A DNA stretch of 64,000 nt from an uncultured Candidatus Saccharibacteria bacterium (lineage in GTDB: Bacteria > Patescibacteriota > Minisyncoccia > Phycocordibacterales > UBA2100), in contig CAYNRJ010000001.1 of assembly GCA_964399865.1 (NCBI GenBank), forward strand, positions 266,050 to 330,049, given 5' to 3'. The notes under the pieces are model-generated. The model ran no database searches, was not told where the DNA came from, and saw only the letters and a program-made list of their open reading frames with translations. Below are positions 28,495 through 38,430 of the stretch, piece after piece; positions within the stretch are counted from its first letter, which is position 1, and the number at the start of each line of letters is the position of its first letter. A program made the position numbers and the translations under genes.

Positions 28495-30993
28495 TTATGC
28501 CTTCGGCTCCTCTTCTCCTGCCTCAAACACCACGAATGATGCCACCTGATCCCCTTCACGCATTTTCATCACACGAACGCCCTGCGTCGCGCGACTGAGA
28601 GTTGGTATTTCATCGAGCCCTGTTCGTATAGTCTGACTCTTCTTAGACATTGCGACAATTTCTCCACCTTCGAGTACAACCGCACCTCCCACCAACTGTT
28701 TCGTCTTTGGAGTAATAGACATTGTCTTGATACCGCTACCGCCGCGACCCTGTGTCTTGTATTCAGAAAGTTTTGTTTTCTTGCCGTAGCCTGTCGAAGA
28801 AAGCACAAGAAGCTGCGGATCCTTTGCATCCTTTGGAATGACTCCTGTACCAACGATAGAATCCCCACTCCCGAGCTTCATGCCACGCACTCCTCCAGCT
28901 TGGCGCCCCATTTCGCGCACATCATCCGTCGAGAATCGAATGGATTGTCCTTTTGCAGTCACAAGCACTGCATCATCACCTTTACGCACAAACTGCGCGG
29001 AAATAAGCGAGTCACCTTTTTCGAGACCTATGGAAATGAGACCACTTCGGCGCACTTCCTTAAATTTATCCGCAGAAGTTTTCTTCACCGTGCCCTGTTT
29101 TGTGGTCATGAGGAGCGCCAGCCCGTCGGAAGCTTTGATTGCTTTTGGCATCGCAAGGATAGAAGTTATATTTTCTCCCTGCTCAAGTGAAATAAAGTTC
29201 ATGATCGACTTTCCTTTCGTTGCACGTTTCCCTTCTGGGAGTTCGTACATCTTCAATTGATATGCCTTGCCGCGATCTGAGAAGAAAAGAAGATCAGAGT
29301 GAGCAGATGCGGTAAGGAATTGCGTTACGAAATCTTCTTCTTTCGTATCGAGATCAACGACACCGACACCCCCGCGCTTCTGTCGTCTGTATTCTGAAGG
29401 ATTAGTACGCTTGATATAGCCGCCAGAAGTAAGGACGAGGACCGAATCCTCATCTGCCACAAGATCCTCAGCAGAAAGCGTCTTTACTTCCCTTTTAACG
29501 ATCTTAGTGCGACGCGCATCACCGTACTTTTCGATCACATCGCCGATCTCCTTCTTGATGAGACCCATCAATTTCTTTTCGCTCTTAAGAAGTGACGTCA
29601 ATTCCTCGATGAGTGCCTGGACCTCCTTCAATTCTTCCTCAACTTTCTTGCGCTCAAGACCGGCGAGCTTCGAGAGACGCATTTCGAGAATTGCGTTTGC
29701 CTGGAGTTCGGAGAATTTAAATTTACTCATGAGGGACGCGCGGGCATCGTCCACATCTTTCGATTTCTTAATGAGTTGAATGATCTCGTCTATGTGATCG
29801 AGCGCCTTCTTCAATCCGAGAAGAATGTGCTCGCGTGCTTCAGCTTTTGCGAGGTCAAATTTCGTCCGGCGCGTGACCACATCCTTTCGGTGAGCGACGA
29901 ATATCTCGAGGAGCGCCTTGAGGGAAAGTGTCTGAGGCACACCATCGACGAGCGCAACAACGTTGTAGTGGAAGGTTTCCTCAAGCTGTGTGTGCTTATA
30001 GAGGTAATTGAGGACCGTCTGTGCGTTCCCCGTATTTTTTAACTCGATAACAACACGAATATCCTTCGTGGACTCATCTCGAATGTCACGGATACCCTCG
30101 AGCTTCTTCTCATGCACGAGATCAGCGATCTTCTGCAAGAGATCTGCTTTATTTACTCGGAACGGGATCGAGGTAACAACGATTGAGTAGTCCCCTTTCT
30201 TGCCTTCTACTATTTCTGCGTCCCCTCGTACTACAACCCCACCGCGACCTGATGAATATGCGTGCGCAATATCTTTTTGATTGAATGCGATACAGCCTGT
30301 CGGGAAATCCGGTCCCTGCACGAACTGGAGAAGGTCATCGGTCGTCGCTTCTGGATTATCAATGAGGTGCACTGCAGCATCACAAATCTCCTTCAAATTA
30401 TGCGGAGGGATATTGGTGGCCATACCAACGGCAATTCCGAGCGTGCCATTCAAAAGTAAGTTTGGAATTGCAGCTGGAAGCACTGATGGCTCCTGCTTTG
30501 TATTGTCATAGTTGGATACGAAATCAACTGTTTCCTTCTCAATATCCTTCATCATCTCCCCCGCAAGTCGCGACATCTTCGCCTCGGTGTATCGATATGC
30601 TGCTGCGGCGTCCCCGTCAATCGAACCGAAGTTACCTTGACCAACGATAAGTGGATATCGCATCGTAAAGTCCTGCGCCATCTTTACCATCGCGTCATAC
30701 ACTGACGCATCACCGTGTGGGTGATACTTACCGAGCACATCTCCCACGACTGTTGCAGACTTCCTCGTTTTTGCCGAAACAGAGAGCCCTGCCTCTTGCA
30801 TAGCAAAAAGGATGCGACGATGGACTGGTTTTAGACCATCACGCGCGTCCGGAAGCGCACGGGCCGTGATGACCGACATCGCGTAGTCAAGATACGAATT
30901 GCGCATCTCCGCGGAGATGCCTTGAGGGATGACCGAACCCGTATTTATTGGCTTACTTTCAGCCTTTTCTGAATCCTCATTCTTACGGGCCAT
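28495..30993 (-). CDS. gyrA: DNA gyrase subunit A
   Basis: [21 protein letters not shown], GyrA-box QKRGGVG, pinwheel repeats. Confidence 0.97.
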   Translation of the reverse strand: MARKNEDSEKAESKPINTGSVIPQGISAEMRNSYLDYAMSVITARALPDARDGLKPVHRRILFAMQEAGLSVSAKTRKSATVVGDVLGKYHPHGDASVYDAMVKMAQDFTMRYPLIVGQGNFGSIDGDAAAAYRYTEAKMSRLAGEMMKDIEKETVDFVSNYDNTKQEPSVLPAAIPNLLLNGTLGIAVGMATNIPPHNLKEICDAAVHLIDNPEATTDDLLQFVQGPDFPTGCIAFNQKDIAHAYSSGRGGVVVRGDAEIVEGKKGDYSIVVTSIPFRVNKADLLQKIADLVHEKKLEGIRDIRDESTKDIRVVIELKNTGNAQTVLNYLYKHTQLEETFHYNVVALVDGVPQTLSLKALLEIFVAHRKDVVTRRTKFDLAKAEAREHILLGLKKALDHIDEIIQLIKKSKDVDDARASLMSKFKFSELQANAILEMRLSKLAGLERKKVEEELKEVQALIEELTSLLKSEKKLMGLIKKEIGDVIEKYGDARRTKIVKREVKTLSAEDLVADEDSVLVLTSGGYIKRTNPSEYRRQKRGGVGVVDLDTKEEDFVTQFLTASAHSDLLFFSDRGKAYQLKMYELPEGKRATKGKSIMNFISLEQGENITSILAMPKAIKASDGLALLMTTKQGTVKKTSADKFKEVRRSGLISIGLEKGDSLISAQFVRKGDDAVLVTAKGQSIRFSTDDVREMGRQAGGVRGMKLGSGDSIVGTGVIPKDAKDPQLLVLSSTGYGKKTKLSEYKTQGRGGSGIKTMSITPKTKQLVGGAVVLEGGEIVAMSKKSQTIRTGLDEIPTLSRATQGVRVMKMREGDQVASFVVFEAGEEEPKA

Positions 30994-31062
30994 AATCGGA
31001 TAATTATACCTTTAAATGGCCCGAGATGCCAGTAGAAAAGTCCACAAAATCGAGTGTAGACC

Positions 31063-32160
31063 TCACCTTTCGGTCCTATTTTTCACCAGCAATCGTACTG
31101 CGATAAAGGTGGTGATCGGGACTGTGAGGACTATGCCGATCGAGCCTACAAGAGTGCGCACTATTTCTGTTGCGAAGATCTCACGATTCACGGCGATAAA
31201 TATTGACTCACTCCCGAATCCATAAAAAAGAAGTAGGAGCGGCAAGGAAACACCGACATATGCAATTGCGAGGGTGTTTACAAGAGCCCCCACGTGTTCA
31301 CGGCCTATGCGGAGCGCCCGGGCAAATATCGTACGACGAGGAAGATCGGGACCTGCGGCAGCGAGCTCTTCAACAGAGATCGACTGCCCTATCGCGGCGT
31401 CATACAAGACTCCCAGAATACCGATAAGGACACCGCCGAGAAGAATACCCGCAATGTCTATTTCCCCACCCGTATTAAAGTTCAAATATATACTCTCGTC
31501 CGAACTAAAGCCTGAGAGACGCGTAAAGATAATCGCGACATGTGCCAACACTCCAGTGAGACTTATCGTCGCTACCATTCCGAGGACAGCGGTGGTAGTA
31601 GTTTTATTGAACCCATGAGTGACATAGGAACCAAGACAAATGATAAGGGACGACACAGCGACCGCTACGAGAACGGGAGAAAAACCCTGGAGTATTCCCG
31701 GAAGGAGGAGAAACACTATAAAGACAAGACTCATGAGAAGCGAGAGTAGTCCGCGAATACCCTGCTTCCCGCCAAACACGAGCACCACGCCGATGAAAAG
31801 CGCCGCGAGGAACGCTAACGCGGATAAGCGATACGGCTCTGAGACCATGTATGAATCGATACCATTGAGTTCGTCTTTTGTGTGTCGAAGAAAGAATTGC
31901 TCATCCTCACGTAACATAAGATAGTCGTTATCGATCGTAACGATCTTCCCCTCCTCTTCTCCCTCCAGTATCAGGGCACGAATAACTTGAGTATCAGCCA
32001 ACGTATTTGTGCCGGGAATTATTTGCTCTTCCTCGCTCACGACTTCGACGACGCGGGCTTTTACTGTCTCACTAGTATCAAGAACCAGTTCCTGAGCAAA
32101 GGTCGTACCGAACGAAACACCAAAAAGAATCACTGCACATGAGATTGTAAAAAGACGCAT
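31063..32160 (-). CDS. YibE/F family membrane protein
   Basis: N-terminal KARVVEV segment, multiple TM helices, GVLYDAAIGQ, GREHVGALVNTLAIAYVG. Confidence 0.85.
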   Translation of the reverse strand: MRLFTISCAVILFGVSFGTTFAQELVLDTSETVKARVVEVVSEEEQIIPGTNTLADTQVIRALILEGEEEGKIVTIDNDYLMLREDEQFFLRHTKDELNGIDSYMVSEPYRLSALAFLAALFIGVVLVFGGKQGIRGLLSLLMSLVFIVFLLLPGILQGFSPVLVAVAVSSLIICLGSYVTHGFNKTTTTAVLGMVATISLTGVLAHVAIIFTRLSGFSSDESIYLNFNTGGEIDIAGILLGGVLIGILGVLYDAAIGQSISVEELAAAGPDLPRRTIFARALRIGREHVGALVNTLAIAYVGVSLPLLLLFYGFGSESIFIAVNREIFATEIVRTLVGSIGIVLTVPITTFIAVRLLVKNRTER

Positions 32161-32198
32161 GCATAGCAGTATACCCAATCAAGCTCCCGTATCCCAGT

Positions 32199-32213
32199 TG
32201 CAATATTTTTGCA
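32199..32213. promoter_or_regulatory. Candidate Fur/Zur-family operator
   Basis: Palindrome TGCAA-N5-TTGCA between the divergent yibE/F and fur promoters. Confidence 0.5.
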
Positions 32214-32231
32214 TCTGTGTATAGTGCCTGT

Positions 32232-32660
32232 ATGCAAGATATCGCCGCTAGAAAAATCCTGTCTGAATCGGGACTCCGAGCAACCGCACCACGAGTTGCA
32301 GTAATTGAATTTCTCCAGAAGTGCGACTACCCTCTTTCGATAAAAGATCTCGGAGAGAAATTTGCCCATATCGATCAAGTGACTCTATATCGCATGATGG
32401 AAACGTTTACTGTCGCAGGATTCGTGTCACGAATTGATTTGGGAGATGGTGTCGCATCCTTTGAATTTAAAGATGAGCGCGATCATCACCACATCATCTG
32501 TGTGGATTGCAAAAAAATAGAAGATTTCACGGATGCCGCCCACGAGAAACTGCAGAAAAAAATTCTTGCAGGCTCAAAATCTTTTGCAAAAATCGTTAGT
32601 CATTCATTCGAAATATTCGCTCTCTGTCGCTCTTGTGTAAAGAAACAAACCCTCGCATAA
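32232..32660 (+). CDS. Fur-family regulator (probably Zur)
   Basis: GLRATAPR, TLYR, HHHIICVDC, C-terminal CRSC; adjacent to a ZIP transporter. Confidence 0.9.
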   Translation: MQDIAARKILSESGLRATAPRVAVIEFLQKCDYPLSIKDLGEKFAHIDQVTLYRMMETFTVAGFVSRIDLGDGVASFEFKDERDHHHIICVDCKKIEDFTDAAHEKLQKKILAGSKSFAKIVSHSFEIFALCRSCVKKQTLA

Positions 32661-32664
32661 CTCT

Positions 32665-33480
32665 ATGACAATCATCCTATTCTCTGTCGCCGCAGCACTT
32701 TGTGTGATGAGCGCCTCTCTCGTGGGAGTAATCTTTATTCATCGCACACTTGGCGCTTGGATGCGACCCCGTCTCACATACCTTGCGACATTCTCTGCGG
32801 GCGTGCTTACAATCCTCGCGTATCATCTGATCGAAGAAGCCTTCCACGAAGCTGAGTCTGTTGCCCTTATTGCAGGCTCCATAGTCGCCGGAGTCGTCGT
32901 GCTTGAGATAATCCACTACGTATTACCCCATGAGGATGAGCACCATCACCATGGAGAAGCCTCGGGCCACACTCACTCCCCAGTCGACGGTCGTCGAGTC
33001 TTGATCTCGGACAGTGTACACAACGTTACTGATGGCTTTCTCATAGTCCCTGCGTTTCTTATCGACTGGAGATTCGGGATCGCGGCGACCGTTGGAATTT
33101 TCTTTCACGAGCTCGTTCAAGAGATCTCAGAGTTCTTTATTTTGAAGGAGGCGGGGTATTCGAACAAAAAAGCCCTCTCGCTGAATTTTGCCGCATCCTC
33201 GACCATTCTTATCGGTATCATTCTCGCACTAACCCTCGCGTCGTTCGAGACAATACTTGCTGTGCTTGCCGGCTTTGCAGCAGGTGGATTTCTTTCAGTC
33301 GTCATTCGTGACCTATTACCCCATGCGGCAGAGTCCGTCAAAGTAAGCGGCAAATGGCTCCCTCATGTTTTAGCCGCCACCGCGGGGATATTACTTATGA
33401 GTGGCATAACCTTCCTCGCTCCGCACGAGCATGCTGAGCACGACGAAGAACACGTTGACGCTGTTGTAGTGGAGGTATAA
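32665..33480 (+). CDS. ZIP-family metal transporter
   Basis: His-rich loop, HNVTDG, HELVQEISE motifs. Confidence 0.9.
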   Translation: MTIILFSVAAALCVMSASLVGVIFIHRTLGAWMRPRLTYLATFSAGVLTILAYHLIEEAFHEAESVALIAGSIVAGVVVLEIIHYVLPHEDEHHHHGEASGHTHSPVDGRRVLISDSVHNVTDGFLIVPAFLIDWRFGIAATVGIFFHELVQEISEFFILKEAGYSNKKALSLNFAASSTILIGIILALTLASFETILAVLAGFAAGGFLSVVIRDLLPHAAESVKVSGKWLPHVLAATAGILLMSGITFLAPHEHAEHDEEHVDAVVVEV

Positions 33481-33487
33481 TTGCCTA

Positions 33488-33865
33488 ATGCCAGAGAAGC
33501 TCACAAAAAAGAAAGAATTAATAGGGTTCAAGTATTCTTTTAACGGTCTCAAAATTGCGTGGCGCCAGGAGTTCAACTTTCGGTTCGACGTTACGTGTGC
33601 GGTCATAGTCCTCGCCCTCAGTTGGTTCTTCGGGATTTCTACGACTGAGCTTCTCATCATTGTGGGAGCCATAGGTTTTGTGATGACTGCAGAAATATTT
33701 AACACTGCGCTCGAAGAACTCTGCGACAAATTCCAACCCGAGCACGATCCACATATCGGTAAAATTAAGGATCTCTCTGCGGCTGCGGTACTTATCTCCT
33801 CGATAACAGCTACCGCAGTCGGCATAATAATCTTCGTTCCATACGTGATTGCTCTTTTATCATGA
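33488..33865 (+). CDS. dgkA: Diacylglycerol/undecaprenol kinase (DgkA family)
   Basis: FKYSFNGL, EFNFR, EIFNTALEELCD, KIKDLSAAAVL. Confidence 0.9.
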   Translation: MPEKLTKKKELIGFKYSFNGLKIAWRQEFNFRFDVTCAVIVLALSWFFGISTTELLIIVGAIGFVMTAEIFNTALEELCDKFQPEHDPHIGKIKDLSAAAVLISSITATAVGIIIFVPYVIALLS

Positions 33866-34404
33866 GCGCTATCGCTGCCCTCGACACTGGGGTACTAGAA
33901 CTCCTCTACTCGATCCGTAATGCGGACTTAGTCCAAATATTCATTTGGATAAGCGAATTTGGGAGACTGTCCACGGTCTGCGGCCTCATGGCCTCTGTCG
34001 CGCTATTCTTTATCCTCGCCCGTAAGTACGCATACGCGGTCGGGCTTGTTGTGAGTGTCGTCTCTAGCACAGTCGCGATTGTTGCTCTAAAGGAAATAGT
34101 TGAGCGAGCCAGACCACCTATTTCTTTTCAGGCTTACACTGAGATCTGGTACTCATTCCCGAGCGCCCATGCAGCGCTCGCTGCAGCATTCTACGGATTT
34201 CTTGTCTATATAGCCGCCCGATCAATAACGAACAGGACCCTCAAAATCATCGTCATAACGATGTGCGTCGCTCTCGTCCTATTGGTAGCCTTTAGTCGAA
34301 TATATCTTGGTGTTCACTACATGAGTGACGTAGTAATGGGGCTCCTGCTTGGCCTCGCATCCGTATCGCTCGGTATTAAAGTATCTAGACGTCTTCCACA
34401 ATGA
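33862..34404 (+). CDS. PAP2-family phosphatase
   Basis: KEIVERARP, SFPSAH, SRIYLGVHYMSDV. Confidence 0.92.
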   Translation: MSAIAALDTGVLELLYSIRNADLVQIFIWISEFGRLSTVCGLMASVALFFILARKYAYAVGLVVSVVSSTVAIVALKEIVERARPPISFQAYTEIWYSFPSAHAALAAAFYGFLVYIAARSITNRTLKIIVITMCVALVLLVAFSRIYLGVHYMSDVVMGLLLGLASVSLGIKVSRRLPQ

Positions 34405-35168
34405 ATATTTTCGAGAGCATTATCCTTGGCGTTGTTGAAGGACTGACGGAATTTCTTCCGATCTCCTCTACCGGACATCTCATACTGACGAGCACTCTCC
34501 TTGGCATAGAACAAACCGAATTCCTTAAGACCTTTGAGATCGTGATCCAACTCGGCGCGATCTGCGCTGTCCTTTCGCTTTTCTGGAGATCGCTCCTCAA
34601 TATCGAGGTCCTGAAGCGGCTTTTCATCGCCTTCATACCGACTGCACTTATTGGATTCCTCGCCTATCCATTCATAAAAGGGGTACTACTTGAGAGCCCG
34701 CTTACTGTCGTGGTGGCACTCTTTCTAGGGGGCATTGCGCTCATCGTATTCGAACTATTCCACACCGAACGCGAAGATGCAGCTGGGAGCGTGCAAGAAG
34801 TTTCCTACAAGCAATCATTCATTATCGGACTATTCCAATCAATTGCGATGGTCCCAGGTGTCTCACGCTCCGCGGCAACGCTCGTGGGTGGACTCCTCAT
34901 GGGAATCAAACGTGTAGCGATCGTAGAATTCGCATTCCTTCTCGCGATCCCCACGATGCTTGCGGCAACGGGCTACGATGTGTTGAAGAGCTATGAAAAC
35001 CTCTCGAGCGACAACCTACCAATACTGGCAGTTGGTTTCATTACTTCTTTTATCGTTGCGATACTCGCCGTAAAATTCCTTCTTTCGTACGTTAAAAACC
35101 ATTCGTTCATCGCGTTCGGTATATACCGGATAATTCTCGCCGCACTCTTTTTCCTCTTCGTTCTCTAG
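34401..35168 (+). CDS. uppP: Undecaprenyl-diphosphate phosphatase
   Basis: EGLTEFLPISSTGHL, IQLGA, PGVSRSAAT. Confidence 0.95.
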   Translation: MNIFESIILGVVEGLTEFLPISSTGHLILTSTLLGIEQTEFLKTFEIVIQLGAICAVLSLFWRSLLNIEVLKRLFIAFIPTALIGFLAYPFIKGVLLESPLTVVVALFLGGIALIVFELFHTEREDAAGSVQEVSYKQSFIIGLFQSIAMVPGVSRSAATLVGGLLMGIKRVAIVEFAFLLAIPTMLAATGYDVLKSYENLSSDNLPILAVGFITSFIVAILAVKFLLSYVKNHSFIAFGIYRIILAALFFLFVL

Positions 35169-35722
35169 CGAGCACGAAAGAACGCGAGTGCACGAGACTG
35201 CACAACAGAAAATTCGAGTGCATCATTTTGTATAACCCAACGATACAAGACTGGTGACAGGACCGTTGCAAAGAATACGGTACTGATGAGATGCATGATC
35301 GTAAACGGGATCTGCCCTAGAAGCGCGACACTCCAGAGCTGCGTGCTAAAGAGGGGCCCAATCATCATAGTGACTGCGTCATAGAGTAATGTCGCAGGGA
35401 TTCCAAATGTAAGAAAATTCTTGACGCTTGCCTCGCGGTTTTTGAAGAAATAATACGCGCCAACTCCGAGGAGTCCGTAACACGCAGCTGTCACCCACGT
35501 CCATATTCCCCAACCGCTCGTCACGGCGTCGTAGATGACGATCGCGAAGAAGCCAAAGCTAAAAGTCGCCAGAATGCCATACCGTTTCGAGAACGGCATC
35601 ATAGCCCCCATGAGAGGCTCAAAATTCGGAGGGCGTACAGGGAGAAGGATAAGTCTGAAAAGGAATACAGCCATCCATCCGAGAATAAATTTAATCGTGC
35701 CTGAAGGAATTGAAAATTGCAT
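35165..35722 (-). CDS. Membrane protein resembling an ECF transporter S-component
   Basis: 185 aa, about 6 TM helices, RPPNFEP near the N-terminus. Confidence 0.55.
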   Translation of the reverse strand: MQFSIPSGTIKFILGWMAVFLFRLILLPVRPPNFEPLMGAMMPFSKRYGILATFSFGFFAIVIYDAVTSGWGIWTWVTAACYGLLGVGAYYFFKNREASVKNFLTFGIPATLLYDAVTMMIGPLFSTQLWSVALLGQIPFTIMHLISTVFFATVLSPVLYRWVIQNDALEFSVVQSRALAFFRAR

Positions 35723-35766
35723 GGCTCACTAGTATAGCAACGCCAAGCAGCCAATCAATCACCTCC

Positions 35767-36348
35767 TTATTCACCATCCAGGTGTACCACTGAGGAATTG
35801 TTCTTTGCGGTTGTATTCCTTACAGATTCAGCCGAAATTGTGAGCTGTGGAGTATTCCCCTCTAATGGTCCTGAAATACTCACATGATCGCCAACCTCTA
35901 TATTCTGAATGGTGCCTCTCTCGCCATTTTTTAGGATAAATCTAGTGCCGTTATCAATGTTGATCGTCCAGTGAAATTCAGAGGACCCCCACGCAGTTTT
36001 TACATCTATCTCCGAGTTAGATACGGAAACTACTCGTGCTCCCTCAAGGTATACGAGCCCGTTATTTGCGATATGCAGCTCTAAATCCGGCGCTGACTCC
36101 GAAGACGGCTCTTCCTTCACAACTGGTGTCACCGCTGCGGCTTGAACCGGTGGGCTATTTCTCTGGAAGATTAAAGTAAATAGCGCGGCAGTGAAGAATG
36201 CTGCTGATATGAGGAGGGCTGCAATAACAATCCTCTTTTTAGAGAGTTTTGATGTTATTCCCTTGAGAGATGCCTGGGGACGGGATGAAATAAATTCCAT
36301 TGACCTTCCAAGGCGTCCCACGCGTATTGAAGAAGTTGAATTGCGCAT
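35767..36348 (-). CDS. Membrane-anchored hypothetical protein with a beta-rich (OB-like) external domain
   Basis: One TM helix; C-terminal IEVGDHVSISG pattern. Confidence 0.6.
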   Translation of the reverse strand: MRNSTSSIRVGRLGRSMEFISSRPQASLKGITSKLSKKRIVIAALLISAAFFTAALFTLIFQRNSPPVQAAAVTPVVKEEPSSESAPDLELHIANNGLVYLEGARVVSVSNSEIDVKTAWGSSEFHWTINIDNGTRFILKNGERGTIQNIEVGDHVSISGPLEGNTPQLTISAESVRNTTAKNNSSVVHLDGE

Positions 36349-36693
36349 ATGTATTTTAAAGTGGTCGTTGTCCCCGGATCACTCGTAATAGGACTACTGC
36401 GATCGCGATCAGAAGGAGAAGATGAATAAAGCCGCCAAGCGTATTGGAACTGATTAGGCCCACGAGCCAGAAGAGAAATAAAAGTGCGGCGATTGTGTAT
36501 AACATACATTCTTTTTTAGTCAAACAAGATCCTAGTTCCGTGCACTTCTCTTACACTTAGACGCATGAACAGTGGACCTGCTTACCATTTAATACGACTC
36601 GTATGAAAACAGGCTGAACTTTGTCAGTGACACTCGCGATGCCGCCACACCAAAATACGCCGCAGTCTTTGCGGTCCTCAGTACTTTTTCAAT

Positions 36694-37932
36694 TTAGAGA
36701 ACGAACTTACCGTCCTCGTAGATCACTTTTGTAGAACCATCTTTGAGATGTGCAGTTACGGTTCGATCTGTCGTTGAGACGACGTCTGTGTGAACCGAGG
36801 AATCGTTAAAGCCGAGGCGCTCTGCCTCTTTGGTTGTGAGTTTGGATACATCACCTGCATAGGTGTCGCGATAGCTCATGCCGAGCGCGATGTGCGAATT
36901 ACCGTAGCGACCACCCATGTTCTCGTCGAAGAGAGTTTCTGCCATGAACTTCGTGATGCGCGAGTGACGTGAGTCTGTGAGTGAGTACTCCCCGATCTTG
37001 TTCGCATTCTTTGTCGCGATCATTTCCTTGAGAAGCTTCTCGTTCGTCTTTGCTTTCGATTTTACGACGATGCCGTCTTTGAACCAGAGCTCGATACCAG
37101 TAATCTTGTTGCTGTAACGGTAGAGTGGCTGATTGATACGAATCCATCCGTTTGTACCGCGCCAATCAGGAGACGTGAAGATTTCAAACGACGGAATATT
37201 ACGGCCGCTTCCCGCGTGCCATGCGCGCTTCTCCCCAAGTGTGTACCACATGTCCATATCTTCTCCCACTGCATGGAGTTTATCGATTTTCGGAGAGAGC
37301 TTGTTGAGTCGGCTGCGATACTTTTCGATATCACGATACACGGCTTTCCACTTTCCGATTGGATCTTTTTCATCAAGGAAACACGCCTTAATGATCTGAT
37401 CCCAGTATTCTTTCTCGCTTAGCCCTGCCTCTTTCGCCATCGCAGGAGTTCCGTAGAGCGCGATCGTCCACGTAAATTTATTCTTCCACTCCTTCTCGTG
37501 GCGCCAGTCCATGAATGGTTTGAGTGCCAGCCCTCGCTGCATTATCTTTTTTGGTTCAATGCCTTTAAGAGCATGAGGATCCTTTTCCGCAAGAAGGAAG
37601 ACCGAGTGATCCATTTCATCAATGACACCCTTCAAGTATTTTGCAGGAAAATGATTGAGTTGATGTGGCTTTGCGTGTTCATAGAAATAGCGGGAGACAC
37701 TGATATTGCGGCGCTTGTCTCCCTGCTCTTCGTCGGGACCGTAATTCGACATGACGTGTCCGCCCGCATCGACTATCGCATTACATACTGCAATAAAAAG
37801 CGGCTTCGCTGATTCAGAAGCCGATACTCGTACAACCTCTCCCTTTTTAATTCCCTTCCCTCCGCCGAGCGCGAAGTTAATAAGTACATCTGCATATCTT
37901 TTAAGAATGATGTCGCTTGGTGTGTATGCCAT
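36694..37932 (-). CDS. Aminopeptidase, M29 (AmpS/PepS-like)
   Basis: NIPSFEIFTSP, IGEYSL, LFDENMGG, HIALG, SSVHTD. Confidence 0.9.
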   Translation of the reverse strand: MAYTPSDIILKRYADVLINFALGGGKGIKKGEVVRVSASESAKPLFIAVCNAIVDAGGHVMSNYGPDEEQGDKRRNISVSRYFYEHAKPHQLNHFPAKYLKGVIDEMDHSVFLLAEKDPHALKGIEPKKIMQRGLALKPFMDWRHEKEWKNKFTWTIALYGTPAMAKEAGLSEKEYWDQIIKACFLDEKDPIGKWKAVYRDIEKYRSRLNKLSPKIDKLHAVGEDMDMWYTLGEKRAWHAGSGRNIPSFEIFTSPDWRGTNGWIRINQPLYRYSNKITGIELWFKDGIVVKSKAKTNEKLLKEMIATKNANKIGEYSLTDSRHSRITKFMAETLFDENMGGRYGNSHIALGMSYRDTYAGDVSKLTTKEAERLGFNDSSVHTDVVSTTDRTVTAHLKDGSTKVIYEDGKFVL

Positions 37933-38026
37933 TGGGCTAGACTACAAAATGAAAGTCCTCCTGTCGAGTATAGAAAAGAGGCGGCCGCGAAAGTCGCGAG
38001 CCGCCCCTCCGGAAGCACCGCAAACC

Positions 38027-38209
38027 CTAGGGCGCGAGTGCTTCCCTGACCAGTTGCGAAAGTCGCTCCTGGTCGTACTCGCCGGTCATCTGATCGCCCG
38101 AAAACGAAGAGACGGCCGGCAAGGTTTCGGCGAACTGCGAGGTGGCGAAAAAAGCGAGGGCCACGAACACAATCCCACCGAGACATACTTCAATAATCCT
38201 TGTACGCAT
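38027..38209 (-). CDS. Small membrane/secreted protein (60 aa)
   Basis: AGGAG SD, TTGACA...TAATAAT promoter near 38300-38328, hydrophobic N-terminus, downstream hairpin near 37978-38009. Confidence 0.5.
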   Translation of the reverse strand: MRTRIIEVCLGGIVFVALAFFATSQFAETLPAVSSFSGDQMTGEYDQERLSQLVREALAP

Positions 38210-38354
38210 GACATCTTCTCCTGGTTACTCATTACACATAGCAGTCGTCGGTTTTTACCCGACTTTTCTGCCACCAAGGATTGATGCCTCCCAAATCTAA
38301 TTATTACACGAAACCATCTGTTTGTCAATATGTGGCTTATTCCCTAGCCCAAAT

Positions 38355-38411
38355 GCAATGAGGCGACGCCTCATTGCGTGGGAAGCACGCGATGAGATGA
38401 CATCTCATCGC
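38355..38411. repeat. REP-like palindrome doublet
   Basis: GCAATGAGGCG-A-CGCCTCATTGC (38355-38377) and GCGATGAGATG-A-CATCTCATCGC (38389-38411). Confidence 0.8.
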
Positions 38412-38430
38412 ATAGGGCGGAAACGAGGGC

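Noticed and set aside
31052-31066. GTGAGGTCTACACTC at the yibE/F stop resembling the RAYT REP
   Set aside because: Arms do not pair beyond a few bases; too degenerate to call.
36255-36509. 84-aa ORF upstream of the 35767-36348 gene
   Set aside because: Overlaps the next gene by about 94 nt and has no recognisable features.
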